A DNA stretch of 63,996 nt, filler included, from Porpidia crustulata (Eukaryota): assembly GCA_964255105.1 (NCBI GenBank). It is 13 parts of 13 records of this genome, joined end to end, with 100 filler letters (N's around TTAATTAATTAA, not from the genome) between each part and the next. Parts side by side here need not be neighbours in the genome. Positions count along the whole stretch, not along the records: positions 1 to 4,859 come from CAXUWE010001979.1; positions 4,960 to 9,816 come from CAXUWE010001980.1; positions 9,917 to 14,767 come from CAXUWE010001981.1; 10 more parts are not named here. One strand, given 5' to 3'. This document shows positions 1-12,900 of this stretch, piece after piece; position 1 is the stretch's first letter; the number at the start of each line of letters is the position of its first letter. The notes beneath the pieces are model-generated. The model worked only from the letters and a program-made list of their open reading frames with translations. It searched no databases and was not told the origin of the DNA. The position numbers and the translations under genes are program-made.

Positions 1-949
1 ACTTGGACCTGCTCCTCCAGTACCCAGTCCACCAGTACTCGGTCCACCAGCACTCGTACTACCTGTACCAGCTCCACCTGCACCAGCTCCACTAGCGCCA
101 GCCCCGCTGGAGCCTGTACTAACGGTACCCGCACTACCGGCGCCCCCACTGCCAGCACTCGTTCCACCGGTGCCCGCACCACCAGCGACAGAAGCACCAG
201 AGCCTGCAGATGAAGATCCGACTCCAGGAGAGCTTGGGGTACCCTATATCAGATTCAGCATTATTTCTATCAAGCTTTGCATGTGAGGTTCATGAAATGT
301 TGAGAGCAAGCAAAGCAGATCGCTGGCTCGATAGCCCGATACCTCAGAACAGGGGCTTGAAGGTGATGGAGAGGATCTTGAGAGTGCTAACCTGACTGGG
401 GGTGCCGGGCGACCGCTGCCCAGACGAGATGCTGTCTAGGTCGGACATGTGCACACCTGAGCCTACGCTACCGCGGGAGGAGGACGAGGAGGAATCGAAG
501 GGGTTGCGGCCATCCGACGAGGAAGAGGAGCTTCCTGCGGGACGAGCGCCCCCGGGTGGTGCGGCTTGGCCGGCTGGGGGAGCAGCTTGACCAGCGGGGG
601 GTGCGGCATTATTGCCACTCCCCGCAGAAGCTGGACTCCCGGGAGCTTGAGCTGGACCTCCATTGCTGCCGGACGAGGAGCTTGAACTTCCTGGAGCTTG
701 AGCTGAACCTCCATTGCTGCCGGATGAGGAGCTTGAACTTCCTGGAGCTTGAGCTGGACCCCCGGGAGCTGAGGCTGAGCTCCCTGGAATTGCGTATGTA
801 TTACCCGAAGAGGAGACAGATGGTTGTGTGGTGCTTTCACTGGGTAGTGTAGCCCAACCAAAGGGATTTTCCATTTGGGGAGCTGGCACGGGCCGGGCGA
901 GGAGGCCTTGAGCGAAGAGGAGCGGAATGAAAAGTGAATGATAATGCAT
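1..949 (-). CDS. Secreted Gly/Ser/Ala/Pro-rich low-complexity repeat protein, 3' end outside window (exons 949-392 and 243-<1)
   Basis: N-terminal signal peptide (MHYHSLFIPLLFAQGLLA-RP). Phase-0 intron 391-244 (GTTAGC donor, GCTGAA branch-like site, TAG acceptor) joins PSQ to an open G/S/A/T-rich exon GTPSSPGVGSSSAGSGASVAGGAG... that runs off the window edge. Confidence 0.75.
640..775 (-). repeat. Coding tandem repeat, 51-nt unit (AQAPGSSSSSSGSNGG[S/P]), about 2.5 copies
   Basis: Near-identical units gagcttgagctg(g/a)acctccattgctgccgga(c/t)gaggagcttgaacttcctg seen directly on the + strand. Confidence 0.9.
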
Positions 950-2983
950 GGTGAGCGGCTGATGATGAGGTAGAAGTCGTCCTTTGATGAGCTGACGACC
1001 AGGAACACGTCGACTGGTAACAAGGAGAGAGTAGGGCCAAGGCGTTCGGTCGCTGCAATAACGCCAGATTTTAGAGGAAAGTGTCAGTATTTGTAGTCGT
1101 CTCCCTCCGTGTGACTTTACTTAAGAGCATCTGCTACAACAATCTCAAACGTGGCGTTTCTGGCTCTCCTATGGCAGCACCCCTTGCTTCGTATTGTCAG
1201 ATTTATGTAGTGAGCTTCCTGAGCTTACGATTCGTTTGATCAGCTCTCTCCGGCATAGCGAGTGGCCGCCGGGAAACTTATCGTCTCAAGTCGATTGGTT
1301 TGAGGCCTGTCATGGAATCCAGGATCGCTGTCAAGTCGACCCGTCTCCACACAGATGCAAAAAAATACATTCACGAGGGGAGCAGAAAAATCCATAAGGT
1401 CAAACTCGATTCTCATCAAAATTACAACTGCACCACTGTCCCTATTGAACACATTACCTGAACATAACAAAGTCAAGTGATGATGAACGAAATGAACAAA
1501 ATTGATCGAATACTAGTAGACTACGTCGAATCATCGAAAAATCTCCTTGAAATAATCGTCAAATCTGATGGATGTTGATAGGAATCGATTTCGCGGTATG
1601 GATTTTCCCTCCCCCAGCGTGGTATTGTAATCAGATATTACATATCCTAACCGATGCAACCATCAGATTCACCACCATTAACGTAACACAACGCTTTCCT
1701 GAGAAGTGTATGGGCTCATCGCAGGACCCGAGATAGCGGCCGAGAGCTGTTTGAAGGCAGACCGACCGAAGCGAGATCCGAAAAAGGCCTTCGGCTGCCT
1801 TTGGCCCCATATCAAAGGAATGCGGAAGCATCACTTGGCGCTGAAACACATGTCGGTACGAGAAAAATTTTGTCGGGAAAAAATTCTGGCCCCAAGCAAC
1901 CTCGTTTTGTGTGGCGATGTTTGTGTTTCAGATCTCGTTTCAAGGCCCCGCTCACGGTAGTGAATGCTTCATGGAACGACGCTTCAGATTAAGTAATGAT
2001 CAATATCTAGGGAAAGATAGTAGGACTTGTCACGATTTGATCTTTGAACGACGTCCTCGGAGGGCCCTATGTAGCGACAATTGCAAGTGGAGATAAGGTT
2101 GACATGTGCATACGATTTTTCTGTGCATCGAACAGAAGCACGTATCACGTACATGAGATCTCAATGCTCTTACCAGTGAAGACTGATGATTCCATCGATT
2201 GATGATATTCTGATATAGGATGTCATAGTAGTTCCGGGGTGCGAAGATATTCGAGATCGGTAATAGTTTGACGAATAGAGCTTAGCGCTTCGCTTGAGAT
2301 ACTAAGGTATAGCGTATCCACCAAGGCTTAACTACTATCACAGTCTGTCGTTCTCGTAGACTTGGACTTGATGAAACTAGTACCAAGTCCTCAGTTGGCG
2401 AGACAAGCTTCCCGCCGCTGACTGTATCGAGAATCATCAAATTCAAGGACGTCTATACCGTCTTCGTAAGATTAGAAATCAGGATTGATATCTGCTATCT
2501 TTCCGGACAACTGACCGCATGTGGACCATGGACGAGATATATGTACACCCAGACAAGGCAGATATGCTTCAAATACGATCAAAAGCTGAGGTATATTGGT
2601 ATTGCACCAAGACTGTATGATCAAGGGCATGCCGAGGAAACGATGCCTCGGAGCTATTGTATTCCCTCCCTTGATCTACTTTTCTTTAACCTATGAGCCG
2701 CAGCCGCTTTGCTTCTACGTAATGTTATCTTTGTCATCTACGAACTATTCCCGGTTGTTGGTGCATTGACAATGATATACACCATTCAATTGTCAATTAT
2801 GTCGGGGTTTGTTCTTTGTGGGGTTGGCTCGCGGCTTTATTTTTCTATATCGTCTTTGGTCTTTAGCAGCTCGTATTTCATTTGAAAACCTGTCATGTTA
2901 GCACAAAACACACCTTTGTGCTACATCGGTTTCACACATTGCCATTTGGGGAGAATTTCCGCCTCACGGAAAACCTTTACACA

Positions 2984-3190
2984 ATGGGCAACATGATCTC
3001 CAACATTGAAAAAGACGATAAAGCTTCCCGACTGCGGATGGAGCATATGCGTCAAGATTGGGAAGAAGTCTTGGAAAAAAGGAACGAATTGCAGATAATG
3101 ATTCAAGAACTTCGAAGAGAGGTGGCTTGGACTAGTGTAAGAAATTTTGGTGGTGTGTTTAGAAAGTGGTCAAGGCTGACCTTGAGGTGA
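2984..3190 (+). CDS. Small hypothetical coiled-coil protein (68 aa) with possible N-myristoylation motif
   Basis: ATG in good context (ACAATGG); starts MGNMIS (MGxxxS); charged heptad-like segment. No recognised family. Confidence 0.35.
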   Translation: MGNMISNIEKDDKASRLRMEHMRQDWEEVLEKRNELQIMIQELRREVAWTSVRNFGGVFRKWSRLTLR

Positions 3191-4583
3191 AGTTTAAACC
3201 TAAGTTGTTGAATGTACTACTTTTAGACTACTCGTTCCATGCCTACTTCTGTTAAGCTATTCTAGATATGCCATCTTCGTCTCTCATCATCGAGTTCAGA
3301 GTTAGAGACTGTAGATACTCTGTCATTCGAAGTTTATTGCTATATCACTGTTTTTTGATGGGAAAATCATAGAACCTGCCGTAAGTTGGAAGGTCACTTT
3401 CATAGGATAAAAATTCCCTTTCATAGGATAACAATTTTGTCTACCCTGTACAACGCCGTATATGTCGAAAAATGACTGCATCGAACGCAAAACCTTATTC
3501 GTGGACTCGCAATATCGCTTTTCATCTCTGGAATCTCTCTGATTTATACGATGACAAACTCGTCTACGCAAGCCAATCTTTTACCGAACGGGACATTCTC
3601 TTGCACGATCGGAGTGTTCCTCGCCAGTCGATAGGAGTGCTAACAAGATTCCCGACATACCCGTCTTTATAAGGAGCAAATTGAAGTTCGAAGGCTAAGA
3701 AGTCAGGAATCTCACCGCAGGACTCGAAAGAGTGCATGCCGACAGGCGAGACAAGGAGTACACAGCTACAATAAAGACTAAGAGCACTCAGTTCTAGATG
3801 TAGAACTCACTCGGTTGAATCTTATCGATTTTCCGGACACTGCGTATATTCTTAGAATCAAGAGTTGCAAGAAGAGATCTGCACACTGCGTCGGATTATT
3901 CGTGGAGTTCAAAGAGAATTTCTCATCTTTAATAATCTTGTAAAGATAAAAAGAAGATAACGTTATCGAAGAAAGTCTGTGCTCGATTGAGACAGTTTTT
4001 TCAAGAGATGAAGCTCTTGGCCTATCAATTGTGGTTCACATCCAAGGTTCATCTGACTGGCAAACTGAGTCGACCTGTGACTTCAATATCCATGTTTGTC
4101 ATTTGTCTGCATAATTGAGACTTTTCTATTTCCTTGATTTGGTAAGTGAACTGTCTCGTGCTAATTCAGCACTATAATACTGACTCCATCTAGCCAAGAC
4201 TAAGTACAATAATTTCAGTCCAAGAAGCACCAACGCAGTCCCGCAATATTCAATCTACTGCAGTGCAGATGACCGAGCGTTTCCCTGTTTCCCCCCTAGC
4301 AGAGTCTTCATCCATGTCTTTCACACATGAAGTAAGGCAAGGAGATCTCGAAATGAGGTCGAGATAAGTCCGTACAATTTCACAACTCGAGGAATTGATA
4401 ACGAACTCAGCGTTTCGATTGACACGAGGCACGACAATAATTTGTTCACTTATCCTTACCAGTCAAAATGAAGGACCGAATGTACCCTTCATGAGAAACT
4501 CACCACCATCAAACAGCCGACCCACAATCAGCAAACCCTCACGCCTCCAGGAAGTCGATGGAGACGTCGTTAAGATCGGACTT

Positions 4584-4859
4584 CTAACCCTGATCGCTCA
4601 TCACACCTTTCGATCCTTTCCTCCCCACATCTTCTTGTCCCGCCCACCTTGAGCTCAAACTTTCGACCACCTGCCTCACCGTCACCCCGTTCTCCTCCAG
4701 CCTCGCCTTCTCCCTCGCCACCTCTTCTAGTCTCTTCCGTGTCGTCTCTTCGATCTCGGGGACGGTGACAAGTTTACGCTGGAGGCGGAGCAACAGCTGT
4801 TTGGGCTGGAGCGGTGGAGTGGGGTAGAGGGGCTCGGTGCTGGGGTCAGAGAGAGGGAG
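4584..4859 (-). CDS. 3' fragment of an unknown protein, truncated by contig end
   Basis: Open frame from the spacer (LPLSDPSTEPLYPTPPLQPKQLLLRLQRKL...) to TAG, with coding-like composition and a charged helical segment. Confidence 0.35.
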   Translation of the reverse strand, partial: LPLSDPSTEPLYPTPPLQPKQLLLRLQRKLVTVPEIEETTRKRLEEVAREKARLEENGVTVRQVVESLSSRWAGQEDVGRKGSKGVMSDQG

Positions 4860-4959
4860 NNNNNNNNNNNNNNNNNNNNNNNNNNNNNNNNNNNNNNNNN
4901 NNNTTAATTAATTAANNNNNNNNNNNNNNNNNNNNNNNNNNNNNNNNNNNNNNNNNNNN
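4860..4959. other. Artificial contig-joining spacer N44-TTAATTAATTAA-N44. Identical copies at 9817-9916, 14768-14867, 19718-19817, 24664-24763, 29609-29708, 34550-34649, 39483-39582, 44414-44513, 49345-49444, 54275-54374 and 59193-59292
   Basis: Identical 100-nt linker with stops in all six frames. Flanked contigs are in non-increasing length order (4857, 4851, 4850, 4846, 4845, 4841, 4833, 4831, 4831, 4830, 4818). Confidence 0.98.
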
Positions 4960-5107
4960 GGATAGGGCTCCATCAAGAAGAAGGGAAAGGGCTTTGGTGG
5001 TGGGGTTTTGTGGATTTGGAGGACATGAAAGGTAGGAAGATACTCAGGCTTTTGTAAGCTAATATGCAAGCAACACTCCAACGGTCGTCCGATCCCTAAC
5101 CGCCTAC

Positions 5108-7359
5108 TCACTTTCCCCCCTTTCCGGTCGGGATGTTAAACAACACCGCCGGCTCCCCATGCCGAAACGCCCGATCCACCCGGAAATACCCCTTCCGCTC
5201 AAACTGAATCACATCGTCCACCTGCAGCGCCGCCACGTTCCCATCCGCCAGCGCCTCGGTGCGGAACTCGGTGTGCTCGTTCAGGAAATCGTCCACGTTG
5301 TCGTCCTTTTCGATCTTGTCCTTTGTGATCAAAAAGTCAAAGTCGACCAGCTCGACGGGGATGAGCTCCTGGGCCTCGGTGGCGAGCCAGGTGATTTTTT
5401 GCTTGGTGGTTTTCACGTCGCCTTGCAGGTGGAGGTCGAGTTCGAGGGAGGTGACGTGGGCGCGGTGTAAGGGGTTGAGGGAATGGGTGATTTTGCGGAC
5501 GATGGCGTTGCCCCAGTTCATGAGGGTGATTTCTTCGTCCTGGGCCAATGCTTGGGCGTCGGCTTGTTCGATGAGGATTGTGGGGCTGTAGGCGACTTTC
5601 TTGGTGCCGAGCCCGGGATTTTTGCCGTGCTTGGGCTTCGCCTCGGTATAAGGTGGAGGTGCGCCGTTGATGGTGGCTTTTACAGCATTCTCTTTTGTGA
5701 TAGCTGTGTGTCTCGGCGCAACGGGATCGATGTATTTCTTGTTGGTTGCCCAGAATAGCGTCCAGTCCAGGTTCACGATGTTCTTGCTCGGGCCTTGCTT
5801 GAGGATGAATTCTCGCAATGCGTCTATAGTCATTCCTCGCCGCCGAATACCACGGATCGTGGGGAATCTTGGATCATCCCATCCCCAGACAACACCATCG
5901 TCGACGAATTTGCTCAGTTTTCGTTTTGACAGCAAAGTACGGATAAAGTTCATGCGAGCGAAATCCCAGATGTGGACTTTGCGAAGGTGCAACGCGTCCA
6001 GCATCCATTCGTACTGTGGGTTACGGTCGCGATACTCAATTGTTCTTAAGGCATGAGTGACGCCTTCCATTGAATCCACAATTGGACAGCAGAAGTCATA
6101 AGTAGGATATATTTTCCATTTATGACCTGTTCGATGGTGCGGCAAGGGGTTGCAGCGGTATATGACTGGATCACGCATCGCCTTGTTTGGGTTATCAATA
6201 GACATCTTGGCTCTTATACACCATTTTATACCATCTTCTGTGCCTTGTTTCATTTCTTCAAAATGCGCCAGATTTTCGTCAATAGTAGCATCTCGACATT
6301 TGCTGGCAATCCCGTCCATTCTCTCGTCTCCCATGGTCTTTTGGTCAGTGTTGTCAGCATATGCTTTTCCTTCCTTCAGCATTCCAATACAATACTGATA
6401 GAGCTCCTCGAAATAATCGCTAGTATAACTGGTCTTATCAGGACGAATTCCCATTAGTGCTAAGTCCTTGACGATAGCGTCCTGAAATTCTTCCTTTTCC
6501 TTAGACGGGTTAGTATCGTCGAAGCGACATATCATGGTACCTTCGTATTTCTCGTGAGCAAAATAGTCATTGAGCAGAGCAGCCTTTGCATGGCCAATAT
6601 GAAGATAACCCCTTTACAATTTTAGTACATCGTGAACGCGAGCAGTTTTGGATGAGCTTACGATGGCTCTGGAGGAAATCGTGTAACCACCCCTCTCTCC
6701 GTGTCTGGAAGGGCAATATCGAAGCTTCCGCCTTCTTTGCTCTTTGCGGTCTTTTTCTCTTGTGCCACTGCATTTAAAGCTTGAAGGGCTGTAGCAATCC
6801 ATGGATTTGACTCATCAATGAAACCGAACCACCGGGTTACATTCAACATGCTGCCCTTTTTCACAGCTGCAAACCCAATTTTGTTTCCTCGTATGGCTCC
6901 CCAGACAACAAGATCTGCAACAGTAAGGGCATAACCTACTACATAAGATCGGAGCGTCAAATGTGAGTCTAGCTCAAGTAGCGGCCCCTCAATAGACTTG
7001 AAATCCGTCGGAACGAAATCTGTAGCCCGACCTAACCATTCATCAACCTGATAGATACTCAGCTTTCTGATGTTCAAGCATCAAAGAGCAGAGTAGCCTA
7101 CGAGCGATTTGTCTTTTCCCTGGATAATGGGATGCGCCGCAACTATTGTCCTTATGATTTCCTCAGATCCGTACACCGGGGTATTGCTAGCTTCTACGAG
7201 CTCGATGACCGCCTTGTTTCCTGATTCGAGATTCTCGACTTCCTCGAATTTTACATTAATAGAGGAATTTGGATCTGCTTCGTTTGCATAGCTGGCAACA
7301 AGTAATGCTGGGACAGTGGTTGCTTGATTAGCTTCTGAAGCTACACGAACAGTCGCCAT
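5108..7359 (-). CDS. GUS1: Cytosolic glutamyl-tRNA synthetase (exons 7359-7102, 7047-6662, 6611-5108)
   Basis: GST-like N-terminal domain; TRFPPEPS|GYLHIGHAK (HIGH motif rebuilt by splicing); RFDDTNP, YPTYDF, LLSKR, WDDPRFPT, QFERKGYF motifs. Confidence 0.97.
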
Positions 7360-7557
7360 AGCTCGAAAATGTTCCTTGAAATTCTAATCTTCGTGCAAAA
7401 CTTGGACTACGAATCGAATATCAGAGTGTTTGTGATGGTGATGATATTATAGCGCTAATACTGTTTGAGTTAAGATGGAGCAACCATTACTGCTTAGTAA
7501 TGAGCTTATCTTGATGCTCGTGAAGTTGGATTTTTCCACTTTCACGATTCGTACGTG

Positions 7558-8571
7558 ATGGCATGCACAATTCCTGTACCTAGATTCTGTGCTCAAGCAC
7601 ATCGCTCTCAATTACACCTCAGCTTCCACCTATCTGTGCTGCAAAGCTCAGTAACACCTATTGCGACACGCCATGCATCAGGATCTAGCAAGTATACATC
7701 CAGGTCGAAAGACCAACCCAATAAGAAGCGAAAAGCCAGAACTTCATTCTTACAACACGATCTCAAGGCTGCTGAGCAATTCTCTTTATGTGATGCCATG
7801 CGGTTAGATAAGCTACGTTCATGAAAACTCGGGATATCCTGCTGAGAGTCTGTCGTCTAGATATATACGGGCATTCGAAGTCGGGCGAGTCGGAACTTCT
7901 CCGAAATATGACTTAGCCGTCAGGCTTCGCACATTGAAAAATGGACCTGCTGTCCGGAATCGCCTTCAGTTGCCACATCCTGTCAACACCAGCCTTCGGA
8001 TATGTGTGATCTGCCCTCCAGATAGCGCTATAGCCGCTACAGCTCTCAAGGCGGGCGCCACCCTTGTGGGCGAAGATTCTATTTTGGATGCTATTAAGGA
8101 AGGTCAAATTGAGTTTGATCGCTGCTTATGCCACCAAGACAGTGTAACAAAGTTGAATAAGTCGGGGGTGGGAAGGATTTTAGGACCAAGGGGGCTTATG
8201 CCGAGTGCCAAACTTGGAACAGTGGTTAAGGACGTGAGCACAAGCGTTAAAAATATGGTCGGCGGTAGCGAATACAGAGAAAAACTGGGTGTCATTCGAA
8301 TGGCAGTGGGACAGTTGCGGTTCACACCGGAGGAGATGCAAAGTAACATAAAGGCTTTTATAACCGAAGTGAAGAGGGATATTTCGAGGCTGAGTGATAA
8401 GATCGCAAAGGAAATACATGAAGTTGTAAGTTTGGTCACCAAAGAGTATTGTGATCTCGGTGGCTAAAAGATCATCAGGTCCTAAGTTCGACCCATTCTC
8501 CAGGTTTCAGTCTTACTGGGGACTTCAAAAGTCCATCGTCGCTGCCGACGCGCGACCTGACAACCCTGTGA
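7558..8571 (+). CDS. MRPL1: Mitochondrial large-subunit ribosomal protein uL1m (3 exons; introns about 7803-7860 and 8426-8478)
   Basis: L1 motifs LPHPV, GRILGPRGLMPSAKLGTV, VVLSSTHSPGFSL; basic mitochondrial presequence-like N-terminus. Confidence 0.92.
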
Positions 8572-8691
8572 TTTACAACATATACCCCTCAGACTATTCG
8601 TTCCTTCAAATTCATTGCAACCGCAACACCTAATTTGATTCAACCCATTGCCTGCAAAGGTGCTGTCGCTATGTCATAAGACTATCCAAGT

Positions 8692-9594
8692 CTAAAGCTT
8701 CTTCTCTCGCAACACGTTCAATGCTTCCCCAGGCTCTCCCATATTTCTATAGATACCTAGGATCTTCATCAGCCGCTCTTTATTGTCTTCGCTCGTCGCG
8801 TTCGCCTGCTTTAGCGCGCTGCTCAGATCCAAGAACACCGTCTGTTTCAGCCTCAGGACACGCTCTTCCTGTTTCACCAAGAAGGGATGTTCAGGACCTA
8901 TTCTCGCCATTAATTTGTTGATGCACACATACTGTTGCATATGCCGCCGCAATCGCGATATTGATATGCCACCCAACTCCCCTTCATCACTGTCTTCGTC
9001 GTATTCACTGGGCTCCACTTCCTCCTCATTCTGCTCGCCGTTCCCGACTGTCGAATTTGATGCGATCATCAATTTTTCCTCGAGGTCTTGAAGCCTCTGA
9101 TCGATTTCCAATAACGCCCTTCCCACCTGCACCTCTTCCCTAATCCTTTTCCGCTCGATCACTAAGCTCTCCACCTGATCCTTCCTCTTTGCAATTTCAC
9201 TGTTCAAGCCCTCGACATCTCTTTTGAATCCCAATAAACCCAGGCGAACTTCCTCAACCTTTTCCTCTCCGCCGTGTAGACTCCTCCCTAATGATAGAAA
9301 ATCTAGGTAATTCTCATTGATCAAATCGAGCAGCTCCTTATTAAGCTCTGAGCTGCGGGTTCGAAGCTCAGCCCGAAGATCTTCTAGGGTTTGGTGACGA
9401 TTTCGAAGGCTTGCGAGGAATGTGGTGGGGTCGAAGTCTGGAGTTAGGAACGAGGCGCGAGTGAGAGGTTTCGGGTAGGGGAGATTGTCATCATCGGAAC
9501 CCGAGGAGTCGGACCCTCCGAACTGAAGACTTAGTTAGCATATGGGAATTCCTTACCTTAATGTGTTCTGACCTACGTAGAATCTATTCGCCAT
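8692..9594 (-). CDS. COG2: Conserved oligomeric Golgi complex subunit 2 (short first exon MANRFY, one intron)
   Basis: Spliced N-terminus LPYPKPLTRASFLTPDFDPTTFLASLRNRHQTLEDLRAEL...LLDLINENYLDFLSLG is typical of fungal COG2. Confidence 0.85.
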
Positions 9595-9916
9595 GGTTTG
9601 GTATTGATTGGCATATAAGAGCTTCAGGACTTGGCGTGTGGGGTGAGACATGCGGAAGCTTGGACCACCAGCGGACCTTTTTTTTTGTCACTTCCGTTTC
9701 ACCACATCACCACCCATCATTTAACAACCTCCAAAGACCTCACAAGGTGTTCACGACCGCACCGGAACTGTCGCGGCTTGACTCAATCAACTCTCGATCT
9801 CAACGTGGCATACATANNNNNNNNNNNNNNNNNNNNNNNNNNNNNNNNNNNNNNNNNNNNTTAATTAATTAANNNNNNNNNNNNNNNNNNNNNNNNNNNN
9901 NNNNNNNNNNNNNNNN

Positions 9917-12900
9917 GGATGGGAGGTTGGTGAGCGTAGGCGATGGTGGTGACGATGCTGTCTAGAATTGCATCGCCCGCAAATTCAAGCCTTGAAGATC
10001 GACGATTAGTTGACAGGTCGAAGATGGACTAGGAGGAACAACCAACCTTTGGTAAGACGCACTACTATGAGAGCCATGGGGAGACGAGTGAGTCATGGCT
10101 TCAATAAGAAGCGATTTGAGGTTGAAAGAGTAACCTATCAATTCTTCTAGTTGGGCAAAATGAGGAGGAAACTGGATGTTGACATTGTACAGAGCATATA
10201 AAGACTCCATTCGTCCAGACAGCGGCAGCCATTGAAGTTCCGGCAAGAAGATTCCAAGGCATGTATGTGCTTTCTCATCCCCACCATCGAGCCAGGCGGC
10301 TCCAATCAGGGCCTCGACAACATCAGCAAGAATTTTGGTCGAAATCTGTCGCTTTTCGGGCATTGGTTCTTTGAGAAGGTTTGAGATGTAGAGAGGTTTC
10401 CATTTATGACCTGTAAACTGCTGCGTGCGGATCCATTTGGCCAGGTCGGTTTCAAGAGCGGCTGTGGCAAGGCGAGCATTGGATACAATGTGATTTTTCT
10501 TGTCCGACAAGATCCCTTCGTGCCAATTCACGTGCTCAGCTAAGAGAGTCAGCGATGTCGAGAGCTTCAGTCGACAATCGCCCTTTATATCGAAGGTCAG
10601 TATCTCGCTGACCGAAAGCATGGATTACTTAAAGAACTCACCAAGAATTCCATGCTTTGGTAGTTGGTTCGCTCTCGAGCTCCTGAAGCACTTATTGCCG
10701 TTTCGACGAGACTAAGGTCATTGAAGTGGACAGAGGACAAAAGGGTCTTGCAAAGGTGCTCAGCAACGAGCCCGATCTCAACTTGATGCATAATGGAAGG
10801 AACGAGCATTGCAAATCGAGCATACGCAAAAGGCAGGTTGTCCACTTCGCAGTTCCTCATCGGTAAGCTCATGAAGCGCCTTGATCCTAGCTCAACAGTG
10901 GTCTCTTGATCATGCAAAGGTAATATATGCAGAAAGTCTGTTCTTTTCGACAGTCTTGCTACTTCCAAATAGTCGACAGCTGGAGCGATCTCACCGTCTA
11001 CTACCATGATACAATCTTCAGTGTTGGCCACGGCCTGAGACCGTCCTCGCAACACATCTCTGAATGTATACGGTTTCCCGTTCTCCTTCAGATCTCGAAC
11101 GATACCAATATTCGCACTCGCTATTGAACCCAATAGCGTCTCGGCTGATGTTGTCCCACGGAAGGGCGCTGTCCATGCCTTGAGGTCTCTCGAATCAGGG
11201 GGGATGAACAAAGCAACGAAGTCTTGTCGAGTAGGATCCATTCGTTGCCTAATGACAGAGGAGAGCAATAACCAAGTGATCTCGCTAGCGGAGGCTATGA
11301 AATCCTTAGCACGTTCCAAGGGAGAGCTCGTACTTATTATGGCGGTGAACGATGTGTTAAGATCCCAGTAAAGCTCAAAGTTCGAAATGCTCGGCAGTGG
11401 CCGAGGCAGGAGCATCGCCAACTCTGCTATGGCTTCTCCATTGTGATGAATCATGACTGTCGACGCATATAAAGTCTCTATGTCCTGCCACTCTTGGGCA
11501 ACTTGAGACCACATGTTTATCGGCCCAGGGACCTCGACGAGGCTCGCAATTTTTCTCACCGCAGAGTGAGCCTCAGCTACCGCTTCATCTGCCCATTTAA
11601 GAGGAAGCAGGTGATCAGAGATTAGACCAGCATGGTACAAAGCTATGTATGCCTCAAATGCAGCGTCTCTTTTTGCAAACTTCTCGGTTTTCCACTCGGA
11701 CAGACTACAAGCTTCCCGCACCGAAGCATCGACGGAGCTGGGGAGAACAACTTTTGCCGTGACTGCTTTTACATTGCCAAACACGACTGATTCCGAGAAA
11801 GTGAAGATTGGCCTTGTATCCACATACGGATCGGATGGCAAGGTGGCGCAAAAATGATAAAGGTGTTGCACGGCATCATTGAGCGTGATTTTCGCGCTAT
11901 TGCCTGTAAGCTTCAACGCCCAGTCTACAAAGCTCGAGACTGAAATCATCGAAACTCTGCAACAGTACATCGTCTCCATGTACACTGAATTTAAAGCTGA
12001 CAAGGTGTCTAAGACGAAAGCAGGACCGACAACTCAATTACCAAATTGTTTAAACGCCAGTTGCATGGTATTTTCAATCGAATTAACCCCTGAAATAAGA
12101 GACCGCTAGAGCCACGACGAAGATTAAACCAGGCAACCCAAAGCTTAATGTAAGTACGAGAGAGTAATCGGACAAATAGATGAGAGGGAACGCACCCCGT
12201 GGACTTGACAAAGAAATCTCTTTCTCCCTCCTCAGCAGCCTCTAAGTCGTGAATATCCTGCAGGATCCTCATGTCGTCCATGTATGCCTCTCTCATTTCA
12301 CGCTCGAGCTGATGCCAGGTTTTTATCACTCTAGTATCGCTATCCCTTTCGAACATTAGAACGAACTTGGACTTTGATTTCCGAGCACGGCCCCTTCTTT
12401 GTATAAATGACTTTAAGTTCATGGTCTGAGGCCGTTCAAAGCATACAACCACGTTGCAAGCTGAGACGTCTATACCCTCTTCTAAAGCCGTTGTGGTAAT
12501 GATCAAATTGGTACTGCCATTACGCAGATTATCTAATGTATACTCCTGGTCTTTAACGTCCACGAGATCGCCCAAGTCAAATTTTCGATTGGGCGAGGCG
12601 GAAGTACCGACAAAGGTACTCACCTTAAGGATACCCTTGGTTTGCGGATGCTGAGACAGGATTTTGGCGAGCATCGCAACTTGGGCACGTGTCTGCACGA
12701 AGACAAGTCCTCGAAGACTTGCACTCTGTTCTCTGACGAGAAAGTCGATGAGACATTGTACTTTGGGTGTTATCTGTATGATATCTCCAAGGAACAGACC
12801 GGCTTCTGCTGGGATCTCTATGCAATTGAGCAATTTCTTCAGATACTTCAATTCTGCATCGTCGAAAGCTTCAAAACCCACAGATCCATCACTGAATCCA

